From Dehalococcoidia bacterium (GTDB lineage Bacteria; Chloroflexota; Dehalococcoidia; UBA6926): DNA of 64,000 nucleotides. The first letter of the stretch is position 1, and every line of letters starts with the position of its first letter. Of this stretch, positions 40,348 through 52,203 are shown piece by piece. The DNA lies in assembly GCA_963666115.2 (NCBI GenBank), contig CAXXET010000001.1, positions 1 through 64,000 of the forward strand, written 5' to 3'. A program made the translations under genes and the position numbers. Below the pieces are notes generated by a model. It was not told the DNA's origin. It worked only from the letters and a program-made list of their open reading frames with translations, and made no database searches.

Positions 40348-41275
40348 GTGTTTGAGTGGGGGCGGCGGACGTTTGTGATGGGGATTGTGAATGTTTCGCC
40401 GGAGTCGTTTTCGGGGGACGGGGTGGCTGACGTGGATGCGGCCGTCTCGTTGGCGCTTCGCTTTGTAGAGGAGGGGGCGGATATTTTGGACGTTGGGGGG
40501 CAGTCTACGCGGCCGCGGTATTCGGCGGCGGTGGAGGCGGGCCGCCCTGATGGGCGGCGTGGGCCCCCGCCTACGCGGGGGATTCGGAATGATGCGGGGG
40601 GGAGGGGGGGGCGATGGATTCCGGCCTTCGCCGGAATGACGGGAAGGGAATCGGGTACGAGGAGTTGTCTGTTGAGGAGGAGATTGGGCGGGTTGTGCCT
40701 GTGATTCGTGCTATTAGGGGGCGGGTGGAGACGCCGATTAGCGTGGATACTTATAAGGGGGGGGGGTGGCGGAGGCGGGGATTGAGGCGGGGGCTTCGAT
40801 TGTGAATGATGTTTGGGGGTTGAAGCGGGATGCTTCGCTGGCGGGGGTTGTGGCGCGGCATGGGGCGTCGCTGGTCTTGATGCACAATCAGTTGGAGCCC
40901 GGGTATACGCGGTTGGTTCCGGATATTGTGGCTAGTTTGCGGTGGAGTGTTGCGGCGGCTTTGGCGGCGGGGGTTTCGCGGGACCGGATCATTGTCGATC
41001 CGGGGTTTGGGTTTGGGAAGACGGTGTCGCACAACCTTGAGGTCCTGCGGCGGCTTGGGGAGATCAAGTCGGCTTTGGGGCTGCCTTTGCTCTTGGGGAC
41101 TAGCCGGAAATCGACCATCGGGCATGTGTTGGGGCTGCCGGTGAGTGAGCGTTTGGAGGGGACTGGGGCTACGGTGGCGCTGGGGATCGGGCAGGGGGCA
41201 GATATTGTGCGGGTGCATGACGTTAAGGAGATGGGGAGGGTGGTTAGGATGGCGGATGCGGTGGTGCGGGGGTAG
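40348..41275 (+). CDS. folP: Dihydropteroate synthase with repeat insertion; frameshifts in G-runs
   Basis: MGIVNVSPESFSGDG, GGQSTRP, SVDTYK, NDVWG, DPGFGFGK, GTSRKS, RVHDV. Confidence 0.9.
40616..40641 (+). repeat. REP-like hairpin type A inside folP
   Basis: GGATTCCGGCCTTCGCCGGAATGACG. Confidence 0.88.
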
Positions 41276-41300
41276 ATTCTTCGCTGCGCTCAGAATGACA
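41274..41300 (+). repeat. REP-like hairpin type B overlapping folP stop
   Basis: AGATTCTTCGCTGCGCTCAGAATGACA followed by two GGGCTGGGTGACATG units. Confidence 0.85.
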
Positions 41301-41376
41301 TGAGGGCTGGGTGACATGGGGGCTGGGTGACATGGGGGTTCAGGTGGAGAGGGATTCTTGCGGAGGAATTGGCGGG

Positions 41377-42538
41377 ATGGCGGTTGCTTATTTGGGGTTG
41401 GGGGGGAACCTGGGGGATCGGGAGGGGACGATTCGCTGGGCGATAGGGGAGTTGGGGGCGGCGTCCGAGTTGGGGGGGCGGGGGGGAGGTTGCGGCGGTT
41501 TCGTCTTTGTATGAGACGGAGCCTGTTGGGTATTTGGAGCAGCCGCTTTTCCTCAATGGGTGCGTGGTTTTGCGGACGGGGTTGGCGCCTGAGGCGTTGT
41601 TGGAGTTCGTCAAGGGACTGGAGTCGCGGGCGGGGCGCGTTGAGAGTTTTCGGAATGCGCCACGGCCGCTGGATATCGATATTCTCTTCTACGTGGACGA
41701 TGGCGGGGAGCACGTGGTGATGGAGTCGGAGCGGCTGACGATTCCGCATCCGCGGATGCATGAGCGGGGATTCGTGCTGGTTCCGCTGGCTGAGATTGCG
41801 GGTGATGCGCGGCATCCTGTGTTGGGGCGGACGGTGGGGGAGCTGCGGGCGTCGCTCCGGCTGCGGGAGGTCTATGAGCGGCTCTTGGGGGCGTATGGGC
41901 AACAGGGGTGGTGGCCCGGCGATACTCCGTTCGAGGTGATGGTTGGGGCGGTCCTGACGCAGAATACGGCGTGGACGAACGTGGAGAAGGCGATTGCCGC
42001 GCTGCGGGAGGCGGACGCGCTGAACCCGCCGGCGCTGCGGACGCGGCCTTTGGATGAGCTTGCCGCGCTGATCCGGCCGTCGGGCTATTTCAATGCCAAG
42101 GCGCGCAAGCTGCGGGCTCTGGGCGAGTACCTGGGCGAGCATGGGGACGACGTCGAGGCGCTGTTTTCATCGCGGCCAATGGATGAGCTGCGGGAGGAGC
42201 TGCGGGGGCTGCACGGCGTTGGGCCGGAGACGGCGGACTCCATGCTGCTGTATGCGGGGAATCTGCCGTCGTTCGTGATCGATGCGTACACAATCCGCAT
42301 ATTGACCCGCTTGGGCATCCTCAACGTGGACAGCAAGCCGTCATACGCGGACGCGCAGGCTATGTTCCATGAGGCTTTGCCGCGCGACGCCGCGCTTTTC
42401 AACGAGTATCATGCGCTGTTCGTGGCGCATGGGAAGGACGTGTGCAGGGCGCGGAGGCCGTTGTGCGGGGAGTGTGTGCTGGCGGCGGAGTGCGAGTTTG
42501 GGCTCTCGCCGCCGCAGCAGGCAGCGGGAGAGTTCTAA
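41377..42538 (+). CDS. folK: FolK (HPPK) fused to HhH-GPD endonuclease III-like domain; frameshift in G-run ~41475
   Basis: YLGLGGNLGD, YETEP, PRPLDIDIL, PHPRMHERGFV, then in frame WWP, GAVLTQNT, GVGPETAD, C-X6-C-X2-C-X5-C. Confidence 0.85.
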
Positions 42539-43047
42539 CCCGTGAGCAGGAACGCGGCGACCGCAGCAACCAGCGCGGTGGTAATGCTGATGGCCGCGCC
42601 GATCATGATGTTGCGGATAAGGGTGATGTCTTTGCGGATGGCGCTAATTTCATCGTGAAGACGCTCGTTATCAGCCCGCGCCTCATCGCGAACACGCTGG
42701 TTATCAGCGCGCATCTCATCACGAATCCGCTGGCGGTCGGCCTGCGCCTCATCGCGGTATTCGCGCATCTCATCGCGGATGCGCTGCCGGTCCGCCTGTG
42801 CCTCATCCCGGTATTCGCGCATCTCATCACGGATCCGCTGGCGGTCGGCCTGCGCTTCGTCACGGATGCGGTGCCGGTCCGCCTGCGCCTCATCCCGAAT
42901 CCGCTGCCTATCCGCCTGCGCCTCGCTCCGAAACGCGCGCTGATCCTCCTGGATGTCCCCCAAGCGCTCATTCTGCTGCGTGAACGCGCCCTCGAGACGC
43001 CCAACTCGCGTCTCTTCCGTGTCCGGCCGTGGGGTTTCTGTCGTCAC
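42535..43047 (-). CDS. Coiled-coil tandem-repeat protein with C-terminal TM anchor
   Basis: DEAQADRQRIR / DEMREYR repeats; hydrophobic tail; GGGAG RBS. Confidence 0.8.
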   Translation of the reverse strand: MTTETPRPDTEETRVGRLEGAFTQQNERLGDIQEDQRAFRSEAQADRQRIRDEAQADRHRIRDEAQADRQRIRDEMREYRDEAQADRQRIRDEMREYRDEAQADRQRIRDEMRADNQRVRDEARADNERLHDEISAIRKDITLIRNIMIGAAISITTALVAAVAAFLLTG

Positions 43048-43186
43048 GTCTCCGCTCCCTTGCCTGCACCCCTAGTGTAACAGGCGCCCCTCATCCCGCA
43101 GCCGCACACTCGAACACGACTGCGGCGCGCCGGAGAGGATTATCCCCTCCCGCGCGCCGCAGCGCCAGTTTTCCTGTGGGCCCAAA

Positions 43187-46100
43187 CTACGTCGCGGTCA
43201 CCTGGAGCCACAGCGAACGGCCACTGAGGCCGCCCCAGTAGTTGCCGGTGTTGACCCTGCCCTCGTTCGCGATCGACCAGCCGTTGTTGGACGGGCTCGT
43301 GGCCTCGTTGTCCGAGGGGGTCAAGCGCGCCCGGTAGTAGTTCCATCCGCTTGCGTTGGAAACGCTGATCACGACGAAGTAGGTGGCGCTCGCGCTCAGC
43401 GTGCAGGTGCCGGAACAGGTGTAGCTGTAGTCCCCCGCGGTGGCCGGGTTGCTTCCGGTGAGCGTCAGGTTGGCGATGGCGGTCGCCGCCGGGTTCGCGC
43501 TGTTGTTGGCATCGGCGGCGTGTATCGCCACGGTCAAGTTCCCGGGGCTGCCCGCGTCGTTGCCGAACCGTGCCGTGACGCTGTGCAGTGTGTAGCCGCC
43601 GCTCTTGGACCCGGTCGTGAACGCCTGGGCGACCGTGGGTTTGGCGCCCCCCTGGCTTCCGACGGCCTGAGTTCCTGAGCCCGTTTCGCCAAGGTTGCTC
43701 ACGGTGATGCCGGGTGAGAACGTCTCGCTGGCTATCTCCGTCGTGCACGCGGAGTCGCTGTACGCCTTGTACGTGTATGTCGTCCCAACCGTCAGGCTGC
43801 TCAGGTTGTGCGTCGTCGTGCTGATGGCGGCAGAGCACGTGCCTGCGGGCGCGGGGCGCTGTCCTCTTCAGGTGCCAGTTGCCCGTATGCCCCGCCAGCG
43901 TCAGCGTGGCCGTCGTCGCCGTGACGCTGCCCACGGTCAGGGAGGCCGGCGTCGTGAACGCCGCCGCCGTCGCCACCAGGTTCGCCGTCGTGCAGGTCGA
44001 ATCGGAGTACGCCTTATACGTGTACGTCGTGCCTGCGCTCAAACTCGCGAGGTTCTTCGTCGTGCCGCTCACAGGCCCCTGGCACGTGTTGTCCGGCGCC
44101 GCGTCCGCCTTGTAGTGCCAACTGCCGATGTGGTTGGCGATGGTCAACGTGGCCGTCGTTGACGTCACGCTGCTCGCCGTGAGCGTGATGGGCAGTGGAT
44201 CTATGGCTGCGGAGACCTGCCAGTCCCATGCGAACCCCAGCGCGTTCTTCCCCTTCGCGCGCACCTGGTACGTCAGCGCGCTGTTGTAGTTGTCCAGGTT
44301 GTTGACGACGGCGTTGAAGGTTGAGCCGGGGACGGGGATCTGTGTCTGCGCGTTGGAGCAGTTGAACCAGCCGGACCACGTCGTTCCGCCGTCGGAACTC
44401 GTGCGGCAGTCCACCTGTATCCGGTTGGTGGTGTAGCCCCCGTTGTTCGCGGGCGCCGTCATCGTCAGCGTCATGGTGGTCGTGGTGCGCGTCGCCGTGA
44501 CCCTCGCGATCTGCTCGGGCACCGCCTGCCACACCGTCATCCGCGTCCACTCGCCGTTGCCGCTCGTGTTCTTGCCCCGCACCGCGAACACGTATTCCCG
44601 CCTGTCGTTGACGGGGTTCATCCGCTTGGCAGTCGCGTTGTAGATCTGCGTGAAGGTGGCCGACCTGTTGGTGTCGGTCAGGCCCGTCTGGCAGACCTCC
44701 CAGATGTTGCCGGCGAACACGCTGCAGGCCACGTCGTAGGTCGCGGCCCCTGCGGCGGCGTCCCACGTCCACGGTGATGGAGCCCTTGCCGCGCGTCGCC
44801 GCCAGGTTCGCCGGCGCGGGCGGCAGCGGGATCGCGTAGCTGATGGCGGAGGTTGTCCACCCGCTCGTCCCCGCGCTGTTCACCGCCTGCACGCCGATCA
44901 CGTAGTCAGTCGACCCGTCGACGGTCAGCGCCTTGGTCGTTCCCGTCTCGGAAGTCGCCGCGCCCCAGGTGAGGCCCTTGTCCGTGCTGGTCCGCAGGTT
45001 GTAGCTCGTCGCGCCCGTCACGGCGCTCCATGAGACGTTCAGCGTGGTCGCGGTGCGCGTGCCGAGGGTGACTGCGGCAGGCGCGGCAGGCCCCGGCGCG
45101 TTCACGGACGATTCCGTCCAGCCGCTCGTCCCCGCGCTGTTCTTCGTCCGAACGCGAACCATGTAGCTCGCGCTCGTGGTGATGCCGGTCTTTGTCCAGT
45201 TGACCGGCGCGCCGCCGCCGGTTGAGCCTGTGCCCGGCAAGTCAACCACGCCCCCGTCCCACGTGCTGCCGTTGTCGGCGCTCGTCTGGACGTTGAAGTA
45301 CGTTGAGCCCACCACGGCGGGCCATCTCGCCGCCAGCGTCGTGCCGGAGCGTGAAACGCTGACCGAGTCGGGCGCGATGGGCGGCGACGTCGATGTCCCC
45401 GCCGGCGCCGATTCGACCCGCACCGTGTGGCCGTAGTCGGTTGCCGCCCACACCACGACCGTGTAGTTCAGGCTGTCGTTCCTGCCCGTCAACGTCACGC
45501 TGTTGGTGGTCACGGCGGCTTCAGACGTGAAGGTCTTCCAGTCGTTGCCGCTGTTGGAGCTGGAGACGAAGTACTTCCATGCGCCGGGAACCGCCGTCCA
45601 CGTCGCCGTCAGCGTCCCCCCGTGCCGCGTGACGCGATGGCCAGGTTCTCCGGCCCCGCCAGCCTCGCCGGCACGTGCACCGATACCTGCGTTCCCCGGC
45701 TCGCCCCGCCCGCGTTCAACGCCTGGATGTTGAACTGGTACGTCGTCCCCCCGGGCAGCTGGCCGGTCGTGTGCGAGGTCGTTCCCGCGCCGCTCCCGCC
45801 GATCTGCGTCTGCGCTCCCCACGCGCCGCCCTGCTGCTTCTGCTGGTACTGGTACCCGTTGATAGAGTCGTCGTTCGGATTCGTCCACGTGATGGTCACG
45901 CTGCCGTTATTCTCCGTGGCCTGAACCCCGCCGGGCGGATCCGGCGGATCGATCCGCGGCGTGGCGGAAACGTGCCACGGGCTCGCCGCCGGCGCCGGGC
46001 GGCTAGTCCCAACCGCGTTCACCGCGCGCAGCTTGAACCGGTACTCAGCCCCGTTCGTCAAACCCGTGACCGTGTGCGACGTCGTGCCCGAATCACTCCC

Positions 46101-47288
46101 GGAGATCGACGTCCACTCGCCCCAGCCGGAAAGGTTGCCCGTGCTCGTATCGTTGTGGTTCACCGCGTATTCGTACCGCGTGATCGGCTCGATGGAGACG
46201 TTGGGCGCGGCGTTCCAGGAGAGAGTCACGCTTTCATCGCCCGCCGCCGCCGCCAGCCCCGTTGGGCGCGCCGGCGCGACGTAGGGCCTGACGGGCGCGG
46301 AATCGAGCCATTCGCTGTCGCCGCTGTCGTTGATGGACAGCACGCTCACCATGTACGGCAGGGTGTTGTTAACGCTGAACGTGATGCTGGTCTCCGTGTA
46401 GAAGGCTGCCTGCCGGAACCAGCTCTCCCCCAGGTTCGAGCTGGAGGCGACGTGGTAGCTGTCCGCCTCGCTGACGGCGGGCCACGTGACGGTCATGGAG
46501 CCGTCGGACCGCGTGATCGTCATGGACGTGGGCGGCGGTGGCGGCGAGATGCCCGCCGGCGGCTTGTATGTTGGCGCCAGCGGCGAGTTCCGCCAGCTCC
46601 CCCAGCCCGCGCTGTTCTTCGCCCGCACTCCCACGATGTACGTCTCCCCGTTGTCGACGTCGATCGTGATGGTCCCCGCGCTCGTCCCTGCGCGCGGATG
46701 GTTCAGCGCGGCAAGCTCCCAGCTTGACCCGCCGTTGGACGTGTACGTGATGTGATAGCTCGTCGCGCCCGCCGCGTGATCCCACGTGGCCGTCAGCGTG
46801 CCGTCCGCGCGCATTGTTGACACGGAAGGAACCGTGCCCGGCGGCGAGATTGGGGCAGGGGTGTTTGTGGGGACAGCGGTTGGCGTGGCGGTCGGTGGCG
46901 GCGTGTACGGCCCGCTGGACGCGGAATTGCGCCAGCCGCTGCCCCCGGACTCATTCTTCGCCCGCACCCCGACGATATACGTCTCGCTGTTCGTGACGCT
47001 GATCGTGATGCTCACGTCGCTGGTGCCGCCGGCGGGATGATCGAGGGCTGCGAGCTGCCAGCTTGACCCGCCGGTGGAGCTGTACGTGACGTGATAGCTC
47101 GTCGCGTTCGTCACGGCGGGCCAACTCGCCGTCAGCGTGCCGTCCGCCCGCGATGTTGACACGGATGACGGCGTTCCCGGCGCCTGTGACGCCGCAACCT
47201 GGCCCGCCGCCACGAAGACCGCGGCAATGCCCAGGGCGATCAGAACGCCCCGGATCGCGATTCCGGCCCGGCTTGCTGTCCTCGTCAT
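43187..47288 (-). CDS. Large secreted fibronectin type III repeat protein, paralog 3 (about 3 frameshifts)
   Basis: Signal peptide; FN3 motifs (W..., Y.VGVRA.N..G); joins ORFs 45609-47288, 44014-, 43140- and 43187-3702-equivalent tail 43187-43702. Confidence 0.8.
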
Positions 47289-47307
47289 TACCCCGCCTCC
47301 CGTGTCA

Positions 47308-50300
47308 TCAACCGTTCTTGATCACGCCCCAGCCGCTCACCACGCCGTCCACCACCGACCGAACCCGGATCGACCAGTACGTCGTGCTCAGGCTGTGCCG
47401 TATGTTCGCGTCGGTCGTCTCGTCCTTGGTGAGGCACACAACCCAGTTGGTGTTGCTCTGCCGGCACTGGACCTCGTAGCCCACGGCCCCGCTCGGGCTG
47501 GTCGGCTTGTCCCAGCTCACCTCGTGCCTGATGTTCGGCGGGCCGAGGCGTTGATAGCTCATGTTCGTCGGCACGCCCGGCGCCGTCCCGGACGGCACGT
47601 CCGATTCCACCCACGGGGTGGTTGAGGACCCCCAACGTTCCCCGCACGCGCACCCGCGTGACGCCCGTCGTGCTGACCGTCGCCATCGCGCTCGCGTTCG
47701 TCGTGGCGGCGACGGCGCCGCAGGCCGACGTCCACGTGTACGGCGCGCTCGCGCTCGTGCTGCAATCCACCGTGTAGGAGAACGAGTCCGTGGCCGCCGC
47801 CCAGGTTGGCTTCTTCCACCAGACCTGCAGCTTGTTGTCGGACGCGACGAGCCGGTTCTTGTTGACGTCCCGCACCTGCGCGCCAACGCTGTCCGGCCCG
47901 CTCACCGTCACCGTCAGGCTGGCGATCTCGCTCCCGCTGGCGCAGGTGCCCAAGCTGTACGCCTTGAAGGTGTAGGACGTGCCGCCGGTCACCGTTATGT
48001 TGCCCGACTGCTGGTTGCTCCTGGGGAAGGAGCACGTTCCGCCGGTCGGGACGGTGTACTTGTAGTACCAGATGCCGTCCTTGCCCGCGCCCTGACCCGC
48101 AGCCCAGCCGGACAGCGTCAGCTTCGCAATGATGTCGCTGCCTGAGCTGGAGAAGGCGACGCTCAGGCTCGGGTTGCCGGTGGTGAACTCGGAGGCAGCG
48201 GCAATCACCGCCGTGCACGCCCCGTCGCTGTACGCCGTGTAGGTGTAGGACGTGTTCACGCTCAGCCCCGTGAGGTTGAGGGTCGTCGTTCCGGCGGCCA
48301 CGGGCGCGCAGACCCCGTCGCTGTTGCCGTGCTTGTAGGACCACACGCCGTTCCAGTTGGCGAGGGTCAGCGTGTTCTTGCTGGCGGAGGGCGTGCCCGC
48401 CGTGAGCGTCGGCGCGGAGCCGGCGGTGAAGGCCGCCGCCGCCGCGATCTCGTCCGCGCTGGCGCAGGCGCTCGTGTCATACGCCTTGTAGGTGTACGAC
48501 GTGCCGCTCGTCAGGCTGCTCAGCGTCGCCGTCGTCGTTCCTGCGGCGACGGGCGCGCAGGAGGCGTTGGCCTGGCTGCCCTTGTGCCACCACGCGCCGC
48601 CAGTGTAGTGCGAAAGCGTCAGCGTCGCCCCCGTGGCCGTGATGGACGAGACGGTCAGGCTTGGATCCGCCGCCGCCGCCACCTTGATCTTCCTGGGATC
48701 GCTTGTATTCTGCCAAATGCCCGCGTACTGATAGTGGGGCGAGAGAATGAACCAGCCGTTGTCGGAGGGCTCCTGGACTGCGGTGTACGTGTCCACGCTA
48801 GTCCACACGTACTTGCCGTTGCCGGTGGTGTTCGGCGCCGTGAGCACCACGTGGTACTCCGTCGCCGGGGAGAGGGAGCAGTTGGCGTTGGCGGGGCAGG
48901 TGAAGGTGAACGTCCCCGCGCCCGTGGGGCTGCTCCCGCTCAGCGTCGCCTGCGACGTGCCCGGCTTGCCGTTGCTCGCGCTCGTGTAGAGGGCGACGGT
49001 GAGATCCCCTGACGCGTTGCCGGTCGTATTGGTGACGGAGGTGATGTTCACGTCGACGGACTCGATCGTGTAGCCGCCCGCGTTGCCGCCCGTGACGAAC
49101 CTGGAGGACTCCCCGCTGGAGCTGTCGACGTTCGCAGTGCCGGGGCCGCCAGTGGTGAGGTTGCTGAGCGTGACGAGGGTGGCGAAGGTCTCGCTCGCTA
49201 GCGCCGTCGCGCACGCGGAGTCGCTGTACGCCGTGTACGTGAGGACCGCGCCCGCCGCCAGGCTGGTCAGATCGTGCGAGAAGTCGGCCTCGCCCGCCGC
49301 GCACGCGCCGGTTGACGGCGCGGTCTCCCGGAGCCACCAGTTGCCCGTGCGGTTGGCCAGGGTCAGCGTCGCCGATGTCGCCGTCACGTCGCTCGCGGTC
49401 AGCGTCGCGGTCGCCGCCGTCGTGAACGTCTCTGACGCCACTTCGTTCGCGGTCGCGCACGTGGACGCGGAATACGCCGTATACGTGTAGCTCGTGCTCG
49501 CGGTCAGGCTGCTCAGCGCGTGCGAGAAGTCCGCCTCGCCCGACGCGCACGCGCCGGTGTCCGGCGACGTCTCCTTCAGCCACCAGTTGCCCGTCCGCCC
49601 CGCCAGCGTCAGCGTCGCCGTCGTATCGGTGATTGCGCTGGCGGTCAGCGACGCGCTCGTTGTGAACGTTGTCGTATCCAGGAGGTTCCCCGTTGTGCAA
49701 GACGAATCCGAGTACGCCCCGTACGTGTATGCCGTGCCCGGCGTCAGGCTGCTGAGCGCGTGGGTCGTTCCGGTGATCGCCGCCGAGCACGTCCCGGTCC
49801 CCGGCGCGGTCTCCTGCGCGTGCCAGTTGCCGCTGTGCCCCGTGATCGTCAGCGTTGCGCCCGTCGCGGTGATGCTGCCTGCGGACAGGCTGACCGTCGT
49901 AAACTGCGCCGATGCAATCGAATCCGCGCAGGCGGAGTCGCTGTACGCCGTGTACGTGTAGGTTGTCCCGCTCGTCAGGCTGCTCAGCGCGTGCGAGAAG
50001 TCCGCCTCGCCCGCCGCGCACGCGCCGGTGGCCGGCGACGTCTCCTTCAGCCACCAATTGCCCGTGTGTCCGGCAAGCGTCACCGTTGCCGTGGTCGTCG
50101 TCAGGCTGCTCGGAGTCAGGGAAACGCCCGCTGTGAACGTCACCGTCGCCAGTTCGTGCGAGGACGGGCAGCCGTTCAAGGAGTACGCCTTGTACGTGTA
50201 CGTCGTTGCGGCGGTCAGGCTGCTGAGGTCCGTGCTCCTGCTGGCGCCCACGTTCGCCGAGCACGCGCCGCTCGTCGGCGCGGTCCGCTTGATGTACCAA

Positions 50301-52147
50301 TCGTAGGGATGGTTCCCGATGGTGAGCGTCGCCGTGGTCGTCGTCACGCTGCTCGCCGTCAGCGTGTACTGCCGGTTCGGCCACACGTCATCCGACGCCT
50401 GCGACCATGGGCCCCAGCTTGTGCCGTTGTGGTCGCCGTTGCCCGCGCGCACGCGCATCTGGTAGCGCACGCCGTTGCTCAGCCCGGTGAGCGTCACGGA
50501 GGGTGAACGTTGTGGTCGTCATGCCGCTGGTCTTGCCTTCGAGGTAGTAGCGCGTCGTCTCGGTCCACTCGGTCCAGGCGTATATCGCCCTGCGATTGGG
50601 GTTGCTGGGCGGAAGATCATAGGTGATGCAGGGGTTGCTGCGCCCGCCAAAGGTGATCTGGCACGGGCGCCACTGGACCTGGTAGACCGTGGCCGTGCCC
50701 GTTGGCGCATCCCATGAGACGTCTGCCCCAAAGTCCCGCGGATTTGCCGTCGGCTTCGCTACCTGCCCCGGCGCGGCCGGCAGCGTGCTGAACTGCGCCC
50801 CCTTGCGCGATGGTCGCGCCGCCGCAGAAGCCGTTGCCGTAGACGTTGATCGTGTAATTCGTGTTCGGATCCAGGCCCGTGACCGTCGTCTCCGTGCCGT
50901 TCACCGGCCCGTTGCACGTTGTCGTCTGCCCGCTCGCGCCGAACGCTCCGCCGCCTGCTCCGCCTGCTCCGCCGCCGCCCCCGCCCTGGTTCGCGTTCGC
51001 GCTGTAATACCACTCCCCGTCCCAGTTGCCCAGGTTGATCGTCGCCCCGTTGGCCGTCTCGCCGTTCACCACAACCGTCACGTCGGTCGGCGTCGCGGCG
51101 ATGTACCACGGCAGGGCGGCGGGCGCGGCGGCGCTGCTCCCCGCGGCGTTCACCGCGCGGAGCTTGAAGCGGTATTCCGTCCCGTTCGCCAGCCCCGTCA
51201 CCGCGAATGACGTGGTGTCCGCGCCGCTGTTCGCCATGCTTGTCCACTCGCCCCAGCCGGGGGCGGGCGGCGCCTGCCGGAATTGGTACTCATATCCCGT
51301 GATGCCGGAGTTCGACGGGTTGTCCCACGCCAGCGTCACGCTCTCGTCGCCCGCTGTCGCCGTCAGCCCCGTTGGGCGGGCCGGTGGGTTGGGCGCGGCT
51401 GTTGGCGTCGGCTCAGGCGTGGGTTCGGGCGTGGACGTGGGCGGCGTGAACGGCCCGCTGGACGGCGAGTTCCGCCATCCGCTGCCGCCGCCGCTGTTCT
51501 TCGCCCGCGCCCCGACGATATACGTGTTGCCGTTCTCGACGTCGAACGTGATGCTCTCGCTGCTGCCGCCGCTCGCCGGATGATCGAGCGCGGCGAGGCT
51601 CCAGCTTGAGCCGCCGTTGGACGTGTATGTGACGTGGTAGCTCGTCGCCCCGGAGACCGCATTCCAACTCGCGGTCAGCGTCCCCGTCCGCCCGCGTCAC
51701 CGAGACGGATGACGGCGTGCCGGGCGGCGAGGGCGGGGCAGGGGTGGGCGTCAGTGTTGGCGTGTACGGCCCGGCCGGCGGCGAGTTGCGCCAGCCGCTG
51801 CCGCCCGCCGTATTCTTCGCGCGCACGCCAACGATATAGGTATCGCTGTTGGAAACGCTGAACGTGATGCTCTCGCCGCTGCTCCCGCTCGCGGGATGAT
51901 CCAGCGCGGCAAGCTCCCAGCTTGCGCCCCCGGTCGAACTATAGGTGACGTGGTAGGTCTCGGCGCCGGACGGGGCCGACCACGAGGCCGTCAGCGTGCC
52001 GTCCGCCCGCGATGTTGACACGGACGAGGGCGTGGCGGGCGCGGACGATGCCGCGACCGGCCCCGCCGCCAGGAAGATGGCCGCAACCCCAAGGGCGATC
52101 AGCATCGCGCGAATCGCCATGCCCGCCCGGCCTGCTGTCCTGCTCAT
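47308..52147 (-). CDS. Large secreted fibronectin type III repeat protein, paralog 2 (about 4 frameshifts)
   Basis: GGGAGG RBS, MSRTAGRAG signal peptide; FN3 domains plus about 8 TLTL..W..C..YTYTAYSDSAC modules. Confidence 0.8.
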
Positions 52148-52203
52148 CTTCCCGCCTCCCATGCCGGTTCGTTCTCCCTACAGTCCTGTGTTGGCCCTGT
52201 CCG

